From Polyangiaceae bacterium (lineage in GTDB: Bacteria; Myxococcota_A; Polyangia; Polyangiales; Polyangiaceae), in NCBI GenBank assembly GCA_035063585.1, contig JAPSGB010000003.1, positions 96,001 through 160,000 of the forward strand: DNA of 64,000 nt, read 5' to 3'. Below the pieces are notes generated by a model that was not told where the DNA came from, did no database searches, and saw nothing but the letters and a program-made list of their open reading frames with translations. How positions within the stretch are numbered: position 1 is the stretch's first letter; every line of letters starts with the position of its first letter. Positions 30,710 through 40,782 of this stretch are shown here, piece after piece. The position numbers were made by a program, and so were the translations under genes.

Positions 30710-32353
30710 CTACTGAGCGCCGGCGTCGGGCTCGCCGTCCTCGAGCATCTTCTCGAGAAGCTCGTCGTCCGTGCCGTCGGGGTTCTCCTTGGGCGGCTCC
30801 TCCGCGTCGCCGTCGTCGCCGCCCAGCATCTGCTCGAGCAGGTCGTCGTCGGTGCCGTCCGCGCCAGCTCCCCCGGCGCCCTTCGCGCCGTGGTCCTCGC
30901 CGGCGGCAGGCCGCGGCGCGGCTGGGCCTGCGCCGCTCGCCGCCGCGCCCCACTTGGCTCGCTCCTCGGCGGTGCAGGGCAGGGGATTATTTCGATCTTC
31001 CTGGACGCACTCGAGCATGAAGGCCTCGCGCGGCATCTCTCCGAACTGCTCTGCCTTCGCGCGTGCCTTGGCGATGTCTCCCTCCACCGCGATGGTGGAT
31101 ATCCGGGGTACGCCCATGATGATGACGAGGCCGATGAGCAACAGGCCCACGAACGGCAGCGAGATCCGGTAGAGCGAGACCATCGGGCGGTTGAACCGGA
31201 AGCTCGTGACGAACAGGTTGTAGCCGAGCGGCGGCGCGAGATAAGCGATCTCGAGGTTCAAGAGGAACATCATCGCCAGGTGGAACGGCGACAGATGGAA
31301 CTCGGCGGCGAACGGGATGAGGAGCGGCACGCCCACCAGGATGGCGCTGAACCCCTCCATCACCATGGCCTGAAAATAGAGAAATATGTTCAGGATGACG
31401 AGAAATTGCCAGGTCTCGGTGATGCCCATGCTGGTCACCCAGGCGAACACGCGGTTCGGGACCTGGTCGGTGACGATGTAGTTCGTCATCGCCGTGGCCA
31501 TCGCCATGATGAGGAGCACCGCGCCCGCGAGCGCCATCGAGTTCTTGGCGATGCGCGGGAACTCCTTCAGCTTGATGTCCTTGTAGACGAACATCTCGAT
31601 GACGAGCACGTAGAAGGCAGCGAGCGCGGCGCTCTCGTCGAGCTCGGTGAGCCCGGTGGCGAGCCCGCCCAGGATGAGCACCGGGATGCCGAGCTCCCAC
31701 TTCACCATCCACGCCGTCGCGCCCATCTCCTTCAGGTTGGGCTTGGTGCGCGGCACGTTGTACTTGATGCCGGTGTAGATGGCGTGAGCGCTCAAGATCG
31801 CGATGATGATGAAGCCTGGCAGGAGGCCGGCCTTGAACGCCTTCGTGAAGTCGATACCGGCGACCAGCGAGTAGACGAGGATCGGCAGCGACGGCGGCAG
31901 GAGCAGGCCCAGCGAGCCGCCGCACATGATGAGCCCGAGCGAGTAACGCTCCGGGTAGCCCTTCTGACGGAGCGCTGGGTAGAGCAGCGCGCCGATCGCC
32001 ACGATGGTGATGGCGCTGCCGCCGGTGAGCGTGGTGAAAAAGGCGCTCGCGAACACGCACACGATGGCGAGGCCGCCCGGCAGCCATCCCAAGAACGCGT
32101 TCGACGCGCGCACGATCCGCTCGGGCGTCTTCGACTCCGCCATCACGTAGCCGATGAACGTGAAGAGCGGCACCGTCACCAAGATGGGGGAGCCGGCGAA
32201 GCGCTGGTCGAGGACGTCCGGCGCGAGGAAGCGCACGTGGTGCATCGCCTGGTTCGGCTCGAGCAGCCAGGCGAGCTGGGTGGTGCCCGCCATGATGGCG
32301 AACACCGGCGCGCCGATCAGGATGAAGGCGACGATGAAGAGGAAGATCATCAT
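30710..32353 (-). CDS. dctM: TRAP transporter large permease with acidic C-terminal extension
   Basis: LVTVPLFTFIG, LPGGLA, GGSLGLLLPPSLPILVY, NLEIAYLAPPLGYNLFV. Confidence 0.93.
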   Translation of the reverse strand: MMIFLFIVAFILIGAPVFAIMAGTTQLAWLLEPNQAMHHVRFLAPDVLDQRFAGSPILVTVPLFTFIGYVMAESKTPERIVRASNAFLGWLPGGLAIVCVFASAFFTTLTGGSAITIVAIGALLYPALRQKGYPERYSLGLIMCGGSLGLLLPPSLPILVYSLVAGIDFTKAFKAGLLPGFIIIAILSAHAIYTGIKYNVPRTKPNLKEMGATAWMVKWELGIPVLILGGLATGLTELDESAALAAFYVLVIEMFVYKDIKLKEFPRIAKNSMALAGAVLLIMAMATAMTNYIVTDQVPNRVFAWVTSMGITETWQFLVILNIFLYFQAMVMEGFSAILVGVPLLIPFAAEFHLSPFHLAMMFLLNLEIAYLAPPLGYNLFVTSFRFNRPMVSLYRISLPFVGLLLIGLVIIMGVPRISTIAVEGDIAKARAKAEQFGEMPREAFMLECVQEDRNNPLPCTAEERAKWGAAASGAGPAAPRPAAGEDHGAKGAGGAGADGTDDDLLEQMLGGDDGDAEEPPKENPDGTDDELLEKMLEDGEPDAGAQ

Positions 32354-33735
32354 GCTCCTCCTCCTTCCTCGAGGTGGTCGCCGGCTGGCCGCTCGATGTC
32401 CATGCCTTCGCCCGTCTCCTCGAGGGACTTGTGTCCGCTGAGGACCAAGAGCGACAAGAGCACGAAGCGAATGGCGATCATCAGGAGCCCGAATGGGAAG
32501 ACCAGGTTCGCGGTGTCGATGAGATCTCCGCGCATCTCACCCTTGCCCGGGATGAGTACCGCCGGAGCCCGCCGGTCGTCGGCGCCGATCTTGAGCCCCT
32601 CGGCGGCCTCCTTGCCGTAGCGCTCGGCGAAGCCCGAGTCGTCGATCCACTGGTTCCACTCGGTGCCAGTGAGCCAGTCGGCGTAAGGCTCTCCCCGCAT
32701 CACGTGCGGGAGCGTCTTCAGATCCAAGGACAGCTGCCGGCGGAGGACGAAGAAGTTCTCTCCGAGCCCCTTGGTCACCGCGCTCACCTTGGCGCTGGGC
32801 CGGGCATCGGCGTCCGCGCCGAAGCTGTCGATCGAGATGTGGTCGAAGAACCCCCAGGAAGCCGAGGCGCAAATCACCGCGGCGCCGAGCCACCCGGAGA
32901 GCACCACCGGCAGGCGCGCCTTCGGCTTGAGGAAGCGCGTGATGAGATCGATGGTGATGTGCTTGCCGGCGCCGGTGGCGAGCGAGCCGCCGAGCAGCGC
33001 GAGCCACAGCGTGAGGCGCGTGCCGACGCCGCGGAGCCCGCCGAGCAGCGTCAGCGAGGAGGCCTGCTGGTACCAGTTCAAGAGGTTCGAGCCGAAGCTC
33101 ACTCCGACGTTCGCCCACGTCTTGGCGAGCGCGATCCCGAGCACGACCCCGCCCATGGAGATCGCGCGCCGCACCTGCAGGGACTGCTTTCGCGGGGCGA
33201 AGTAGCCGACCGCGCCGAGGACGAGCGCGCCGATGAGCCCGCGGAACACCACCCCGGCGGGACTCTCGCTGTCCGGAGGCGCCGACAGCCCCTTCAGCGC
33301 GACCCACAGCGACAGTGACAGCACCTCGAGCAGCAGTACTCCGACGCACAGGCGCGCCTCGAGTCGGGTCCACGCCTCGTCGAAGCGGACCAGCGGTCGC
33401 CCCCAGGCCGCCGCCTTCTTGGTCTCATGGCTGCTCGGCGGGTTCTCGTCGCCGGAGCTGGCCGGGGCGTCCTCCAACGGAGGGTGTGGTTCGCCCTCCG
33501 AAGCCGCTCGCGACCGCTCATCGGGCGTCGCGTCATCGCCTCGGGGCTCCGCGCGCTCACTCGCGCGGGCTCCCGCCTCCGGCGCGTCTTCCGCGGGCGC
33601 GCCAGGCTCGCCGTCCGGCGGCGCGCCGTCGGGCTGGGTCATCGACGCGTCGTTCGAATCTCCTTCCTTCGACGGGGCGTCGCCGCCGCTGGTTTCCTCG
33701 GGAGCCCGCTCGCCCTGGTCGTCCTCGTCCGCCAT
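32350..33735 (-). CDS. dctQ: TRAP transporter small permease, enlarged
   Basis: LTLWLALLGGSLATGAGKHITIDLI (DctQ motif), PFGLLMIAIRF; lies between dctP and dctM, stop overlaps the dctM start. Confidence 0.85.
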   Translation of the reverse strand: MADEDDQGERAPEETSGGDAPSKEGDSNDASMTQPDGAPPDGEPGAPAEDAPEAGARASERAEPRGDDATPDERSRAASEGEPHPPLEDAPASSGDENPPSSHETKKAAAWGRPLVRFDEAWTRLEARLCVGVLLLEVLSLSLWVALKGLSAPPDSESPAGVVFRGLIGALVLGAVGYFAPRKQSLQVRRAISMGGVVLGIALAKTWANVGVSFGSNLLNWYQQASSLTLLGGLRGVGTRLTLWLALLGGSLATGAGKHITIDLITRFLKPKARLPVVLSGWLGAAVICASASWGFFDHISIDSFGADADARPSAKVSAVTKGLGENFFVLRRQLSLDLKTLPHVMRGEPYADWLTGTEWNQWIDDSGFAERYGKEAAEGLKIGADDRRAPAVLIPGKGEMRGDLIDTANLVFPFGLLMIAIRFVLLSLLVLSGHKSLEETGEGMDIERPAGDHLEEGGGA

Positions 33736-33790
33736 GCTCGGCGCCGAACGTTACACCATTATCGCATCCTGCTCACCGGGTTCACCGACC

Positions 33791-33834
33791 ACAAAGCGCG
33801 AGCGGGCCAGCCCCGGAGGGCTGGCCCGCTCGCG
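33791..33834 (-). terminator. Stem-loop (terminator or mRNA stabiliser) after dctP
   Basis: Perfect 17-bp stem CGCGAGCGGGCCAGCCC / GGGCTGGCCCGCTCGCG with 4-nt loop, followed by CTTTGT on the minus strand. Confidence 0.75.
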
Positions 33835-33852
33835 TTCTCGCCATTTCTCGGC

Positions 33853-34839
33853 TCAGCAGGCCTTGATCTTGGCCAGCATCTCAGCCGGGAAATCCGCACC
33901 CTTCATGCGCTGGCACGCCTTCTTGTAGATTTCCTTCCAGGCGGCCTTCTCGGCGTCGGTCGGGTCGTGCGCCTCCATCTTCTTCTTGAGGCGCTCGAAG
34001 GACTTGCTGTCGGCGGAGCGGATCGACTTGGTGAGCGCCTTCGCGGCGAGGTCGCCCGTCTCCTCGACGATCTTGCGCTGATCCTCCGGCATCGCGTCGA
34101 GTTGCTTCTTGCTGAGCACGAGGGCGCCGATGCTGAAGTAGACGTCGCCCGTGTTGATGTGGTCTAGGCGCGACGCCCACTGGAGCTGCTCGGCCGCGAG
34201 CGCGGGCGTGCTCATGATGTCGATGGCGCCGCTGTTCAAGAGCGGCAGGAAGCCGGTCACGTCCGACGGGACCGCCGAGACCCCGCCGATGACCTGGTAG
34301 ATCTTCGGCCCGATCACGTCGTCCCGGATGGTGCCGGGGTGCTTGCCCTTCATGTCCTCGGGCATCTTGACCGCGAAGCCCTTCGACATGACGTGGCCGA
34401 TGCCCACGTCACCGAAGCCGCCGAGGAAGAAGCCGGCGTCGGCCATGGCTCGCTGAGTCTCGCCCAGGATCCCTTTGCGCGCGCTGTCGAGCTGCGCCCA
34501 GCTCGAGAAGGTGCCCGGGATCTGGAGCGCGAGGATCGGATGGTAGATCTTCGACAGCCCCACCGCGGTGATCGCCGCGCCGCTCAGCTGCCCGCTCTTG
34601 ATCTTGCCGACCACCGCGTCTTCGGGGCCCGCGGTGCCGTTCCACAGCCAGGTGAGCTCGACCTCGCCGTTGGTCTTCTTGTCGACCGCCTTCGTCCACG
34701 TCTTGAAGACCTTGCCCCACGGACTCCGCGGCGGCGCCAGCGTCCCGATCTTGAGGGTGGTCTTCGCCTGCGCGACAGAAGTGGTCCCGATGACGGCTAC
34801 TGTTGCGGCGACGAGCGCCGCGGAAATCTTGCGGATCAT
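33853..34839 (-). CDS. dctP: TRAP substrate-binding protein DctP (TatP-type)
   Basis: Signal peptide; LKIGTLAPPRSPW, GTAGPEDAVVGKIKSGQLSGAAIT, LNSGAID; SD AGGAGG 9 nt before ATG 34839. Confidence 0.92.
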   Translation of the reverse strand: MIRKISAALVAATVAVIGTTSVAQAKTTLKIGTLAPPRSPWGKVFKTWTKAVDKKTNGEVELTWLWNGTAGPEDAVVGKIKSGQLSGAAITAVGLSKIYHPILALQIPGTFSSWAQLDSARKGILGETQRAMADAGFFLGGFGDVGIGHVMSKGFAVKMPEDMKGKHPGTIRDDVIGPKIYQVIGGVSAVPSDVTGFLPLLNSGAIDIMSTPALAAEQLQWASRLDHINTGDVYFSIGALVLSKKQLDAMPEDQRKIVEETGDLAAKALTKSIRSADSKSFERLKKKMEAHDPTDAEKAAWKEIYKKACQRMKGADFPAEMLAKIKAC

Positions 34840-34953
34840 ATCCGACAACCTCCTACCTACCTGGATCTCATGGCTTTGCGTGACTGGGCTCGTGTCAGAC
34901 GGAGCGACACGAGATTCTCATCAATCGAACTCTCGCTCGAGTGAAAACAATTG

Positions 34954-34978
34954 AAAAAATACTGCGCGCCCGCGCAGT
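34954..34978 (-). terminator. Intrinsic terminator after the T-component gene
   Basis: Minus strand: ACTGCGC-GGGC-GCGCAGT-ATTTTTT immediately after the TAG stop. Confidence 0.65.
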
Positions 34979-34979
34979 G

Positions 34980-35906
34980 CTAGAGGGTAAATCCGCACTC
35001 CTCTTGCCACACCTTGCTGCCGAGATAGCGCCGGGCGCGGCGCTTGGCGATGGTGTTCGGGAGCCGCGCGGACGGCATGGTGTCGCCCGCCGCCAGGATC
35101 TCCTCGAGCGTCTTGACGTAGTTCTCCTTGTCCGACTTCGCGCAGTAGTAGCGGGTCGCCAGGTTGAGCTGGACGGACAGGAACTTGCCGTCGTTGATCT
35201 GGTTGGCCCGGTCGAGCTCCGCCTTGCTCTTGTCGAATTCCTTCATCGCGGCGTAGTACGCCCCGAGCACGATGTGACCCATGCCGTTCCCGGCGGTGTC
35301 GTCGAGCTCGACCGAGCGCTTCACGAGCTCCACGCCGACGTAGAGGTCCCCGACCACCTCGGGCACGTCCTTCGAGGCGCCGACGTTGCCGACCCAGGCG
35401 TAGCCGGTCCAGAGCAGGTTCTCGGCGTCCTCCTTGTCCGTGAAGTTGTCGGTCAGCCACTTTCGCATGGTGTCTTGGTTGCGGCGAGCCTGCTCGAACC
35501 CGTCCGCGGTGTGCGAGAGCAGCTCGAGCCCGTAATAGATGGCGCGCTGATAGGCCGCGCGCGCGCGCATGAGATGGTAGGTGGCGAGGACGTCGTCGCC
35601 CTTCTCGTAGTACTGCTCGTACTGATCCTCGATGAAGGCGTAGGAAACGCTCGACCAGCTCCGCGTCAGCATGAAGAGCGCGTCGAGGTTGTTCGGCGCG
35701 AGCCGGTGCATGCCCTCCATCTGCCCGATCCCGGCGAAGGCGATCTGGTTGGCGATCTCGTAGTCTTGGAGCGTGTTGACGGCTGCCGAGCCGTCCCTCG
35801 TCCCCTTGATCTGGCCGTCCAGCATCATCTTCTTGATGCATCCGGTCGTCGACGCGCCGAGCGCGGCGGCGAACAGGAGCCCGGTGAAACCTCGCGCGAT
35901 CCTCAT
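34980..35906 (-). CDS. tatT: TRAP transporter T-component (TPR-like lipoprotein of TPAT systems)
   Basis: Lipobox STTGC; helical protein with SYAFIED, LLWTGYAW, RSVELD, NTIAKRRARRYL; directly upstream of dctP-Q-M. Confidence 0.85.
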   Translation of the reverse strand: MRIARGFTGLLFAAALGASTTGCIKKMMLDGQIKGTRDGSAAVNTLQDYEIANQIAFAGIGQMEGMHRLAPNNLDALFMLTRSWSSVSYAFIEDQYEQYYEKGDDVLATYHLMRARAAYQRAIYYGLELLSHTADGFEQARRNQDTMRKWLTDNFTDKEDAENLLWTGYAWVGNVGASKDVPEVVGDLYVGVELVKRSVELDDTAGNGMGHIVLGAYYAAMKEFDKSKAELDRANQINDGKFLSVQLNLATRYYCAKSDKENYVKTLEEILAAGDTMPSARLPNTIAKRRARRYLGSKVWQEECGFTL

Positions 35907-35981
35907 AGGGCGCGTGTAGCGGGGTTTTCTCGCGGCTTCAATCATCCTGCCGGCGAGCGGGCTCGAATTCTCCCCTCGCGC

Positions 35982-37256
35982 TCAGCGCCGTCCGGTCGCG
36001 GTGAGGACCGCGCATGCGGCCGCCGCACGGACCGCCGGGTCGTCGTCGCCGAGGGCCGTCGCGGCGCTCGACCAGTCCTCGAGCGCCAGCAGCCCGAGGG
36101 CGGCGCGCCGCCGAGCGTCCGGGATCTTCGACCCGAGCTGCCCGAGCAGCGCCGGCCGAACCTCTCGGCGCCCTGCGCTCGCCAAGGCCGCGCGAGCCGA
36201 GAGCGCCGCCGCGCCCTCGCCGCGCGCGAGCGCGTTCAGGAGCGCGAGGGCTCGCTCGCGGCTTGATGGGAGCTCGAGCTGGCGCGTGGCGGCCGCCACC
36301 TGAATCTCCGGCTCGGGATCACCCGCGGCCGCGTCGAGCGCGGTCCGGACGGCGGGGTCGTCCAAGGGAGCCAGCCGGATGGCGAGGCCGCGCTCCGCGA
36401 GCGTGCCCGTCGAGATCGCGCGCGCGAGCGCCGCTCGGGCGGCTCCCGCGCCGCCCGAGCCGAGCCGGACGAGCGCCGCGGCGGCGGCGATGCTCGGAAG
36501 CGACGGCTGACCCTCGGCGAGCGCCCGGAGCTCGCGCTCGCCACCCGACGCCCACGAGGCGGGCATCGCCCAGGCGTCCACGAGCGCGAGCCGGGTCGGG
36601 TCATCGGCCCGCGCCCACTGGTCGACGAGGGCGAGCACCGCGCGCTCGCCACCGATGGCGCCGGCGGCGCGCGTGGCCAGGCTCCGCGCGAGGCTGTCCG
36701 GGTCGAGTCGCGCGCTCTCGAGCAGCGTCTCGAGGTCGAAGCGCTCGCGGGCGTCGGCGGCTGCGGTCAGCGCCGCGCGGCGGACGCGCTCGTCCGGGTC
36801 GGCCATGAAACGTCGCCGGAGCTCGCCGTCTCCCTGGCCCGTCGCGGCGCGCGCGGCCACCGCTCGCCAAGCGCCGCTCGCGGACTCGGCATAGCGTGAC
36901 ACCGCGTCCGCGGCGCTGATCCGATGCTCCTCGAGCAGCACGAGCGCTGCCTCGCCGCCGACGTCGTCCGGGCGCGCGGCGCGCTCCTCCAGCGCCGGGA
37001 CGAGCGCGCTCGCGCAGGCGCGGAGCTGGCGTACCCTCCGCACCGCGGAGGCGCCCTCAGCCGAGCGGAGCTCCCGCGCGGCGACCGCGCCCGCGAGGTC
37101 GGCGACGCGACCCTCGCCGAGGGCGCCCCGCCGCTGCTCCTCGCGGATTTCGCGCTTCAGCGAGGTGAGGTCCCCGTGGAGCGCGGTCTTGATGACGGGC
37201 GTCATGCCGCATCCGGCCGCGAGCGCTGCGAAGAGCACGATCCACCGACTCGACAT
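35982..37256 (-). CDS. HEAT-repeat lipoprotein
   Basis: MSSRWIVLFAALAAGC lipobox; DPDERVRRAAL, DPEPEIQVAAA, DDDPAVRAAAAC repeats. Confidence 0.75.
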   Translation of the reverse strand: MSSRWIVLFAALAAGCGMTPVIKTALHGDLTSLKREIREEQRRGALGEGRVADLAGAVAARELRSAEGASAVRRVRQLRACASALVPALEERAARPDDVGGEAALVLLEEHRISAADAVSRYAESASGAWRAVAARAATGQGDGELRRRFMADPDERVRRAALTAAADARERFDLETLLESARLDPDSLARSLATRAAGAIGGERAVLALVDQWARADDPTRLALVDAWAMPASWASGGERELRALAEGQPSLPSIAAAAALVRLGSGGAGAARAALARAISTGTLAERGLAIRLAPLDDPAVRTALDAAAGDPEPEIQVAAATRQLELPSSRERALALLNALARGEGAAALSARAALASAGRREVRPALLGQLGSKIPDARRRAALGLLALEDWSSAATALGDDDPAVRAAAACAVLTATGRR

Positions 37257-37313
37257 GCGACGACGATTGATAGCATGACGAACCCGCGCCGGCGTCCGAG
37301 ATCCGGCGTCCTC

Positions 37314-38243
37314 ATGCGTACCGCCGTCATCGTCAACACCAACGCCGGCCGCTTCCGCCGGCGCCCCGGGCTCATCGAGCGAGCGCGGGCGCTCGCGGGC
37401 CGAGACGCCGACTGCTTCGCCACCAGCTCCCTCGCCGAGCTCGACCGCGCGGCGGAGGCGCTCGCCGGGCGTGAGCCCGACCGGGTCGTGCTCGCGGGCG
37501 GCGACGGGACGTTCATGGCCGGGCTCTCCGCGCTCGCCCGCGTGTACTCGAGCGGCGCGCTGCCGGTGATCGTGCTCGCGCCGGCCGGCACCGCCGGCAC
37601 GGTGCCGCGCGGGTTGGGCCAGCGCGGCGGTTTCGAGCGGCCCCTGCGCCGCGCGACCGCGCCCGCGCCGCTCGGTTGGGTGGAGCGCCCTACGATTTCG
37701 GTGAGCGACTCGAACGGCGCGCGCCGGGTCGGCTTCATCTTCGGCACCGGGCTGGTGGCCCGATTCTTCGATCACTATGAGGCCGCCGGCGCTGGCGGCT
37801 ACCTCGTGGCGGCCCGCATCGCGGCGCGCGTGTTCGTGGGCGCACTCACCGGCGGCGCGTTCGCGCGGAGCGTGCTCGAACCGCTGCCGTGTCGCCTATC
37901 GGTCGACGGCGCGCTCTGCGCGCCCTGCGCCTGGAGCCTCATCGTGTCCTCGACGATTCGCGATCTCGGGCTGCATTTCGTGGTGACCCACCGCGGCGGG
38001 GAGGACCCCGCCCGCCCGCACCTGGTCGCCTCGCCGCTCGGGCCGCGCGCGCTCGGTGTCCAGCTCGGGCGCGTCCTCACCGGTCGTCCGCTCACCGGCG
38101 CCGGCAACGTCGACGCGCTCGTCTCGCGCTTCGAGCTCGACTTCCCGGACGGACCGGGTCCGTACATCCTCGACGGCGACCTCTTCTCCGCCGCGCGGGT
38201 GACGGTCGAGGCAGGTCCGCGCGTCCGGATCGCCCGCGTGTAG
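37314..38243 (+). CDS. Diacylglycerol/lipid kinase catalytic-domain protein (YegS/DgkB-like)
   Basis: VIVNTNAG, LAGGDGT, PAGTAGT, FIFGTG, ILDGDL. Start 37314 or 37275. Confidence 0.82.
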   Translation: MRTAVIVNTNAGRFRRRPGLIERARALAGRDADCFATSSLAELDRAAEALAGREPDRVVLAGGDGTFMAGLSALARVYSSGALPVIVLAPAGTAGTVPRGLGQRGGFERPLRRATAPAPLGWVERPTISVSDSNGARRVGFIFGTGLVARFFDHYEAAGAGGYLVAARIAARVFVGALTGGAFARSVLEPLPCRLSVDGALCAPCAWSLIVSSTIRDLGLHFVVTHRGGEDPARPHLVASPLGPRALGVQLGRVLTGRPLTGAGNVDALVSRFELDFPDGPGPYILDGDLFSAARVTVEAGPRVRIARV

Positions 38244-38332
38244 CGGGGCGCGACGGCGCCGCCCGCGGACTGGCTGCTGGCGCGGCGCGGGATACCGCGC
38301 CGCGCCGAAAAACCAGAGGTCCGCCGTGCGGG

Positions 38333-40000
<1,668 letters not shown>

Positions 40001-40180
40001 CGGATGTCCTCCATCGAAGGCTCACGTATCACGCTCCGTGGTGGCATGCACCCTCAATGCCGAAGCCCGCGAGGATAAGCAAGCCTCGCGGCGCGGGCCC
40101 TCGGAACTACGGCGGAATGCCGCACGGGCGCGCGGCTCGGCCGCGGCGTGCAACACGGCGCGCGACGTTTCACGCGCGGA

Positions 40181-40717
40181 TCAGAAGCGGCCGGCGAGGC
40201 CGAGCCCGATGGAACCCGGCGCGCCGACGACCGGCACCGGCTCGAGCTCGAGCGCGGCGCCTCGCTGGAGCCGCGGGCGAGCGCGTCGGGGCGCCGCCGG
40301 CGCCTCCGCGTAGGTCGGCAGGAACAGGGACTCCGCCATCACCGCGAGCCCGCCGGCCTGGCCGACCCCGGCCATGGTCGTGAGGATCGCGCGGAGGACC
40401 ACGGTGACCGTGCTGCAGCCCGGGTCGTTCGCGGCGCAGCCGGTGTCGGCGAGCGCCATCCAGGGGCCGGCGACCGGGACGCGCAGCGCGCGCGCGCCCG
40501 GGGCGTCGGGCCAGAGGAGCGACGAGCCGGCGGCCGCGCCGTACCAGGCGGCGGTCGTGCCGAGCCCGGCGAAAAGGAGCGGGAGCCGCGTCGACTCGCT
40601 CGGGTAGACGCCCGGATCCTGCGTCACCTCGCGCACCGGCTCGTCCGCGCGCGCCGGCGCGGGGGCGAAGCAGAGGGCGGCGGCGAGCCCGAGCGCGGCG
40701 AGTCTCCAGGCGTTCAT
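40181..40717 (-). CDS. Secreted/membrane hypothetical protein
   Basis: Signal peptide (PARA|DEP), VPVAGPWMAL motif, C-terminal GLGLAGRF typical of myxobacterial envelope proteins. Confidence 0.65.
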   Translation of the reverse strand: MNAWRLAALGLAAALCFAPAPARADEPVREVTQDPGVYPSESTRLPLLFAGLGTTAAWYGAAAGSSLLWPDAPGARALRVPVAGPWMALADTGCAANDPGCSTVTVVLRAILTTMAGVGQAGGLAVMAESLFLPTYAEAPAAPRRARPRLQRGAALELEPVPVVGAPGSIGLGLAGRF

Positions 40718-40782
40718 CGGCCCCTTTCTGGTCGGGTCGGGCGCCGAACGCAAGCCGCGCGACGCGGAGCCTCCGCCGAGGC

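Noticed and set aside
40042..40057. TGGCATGCACCCTCAA, sigma-54-like on the plus strand
   Set aside because: Lacks the -12 GC and points at no gene start.
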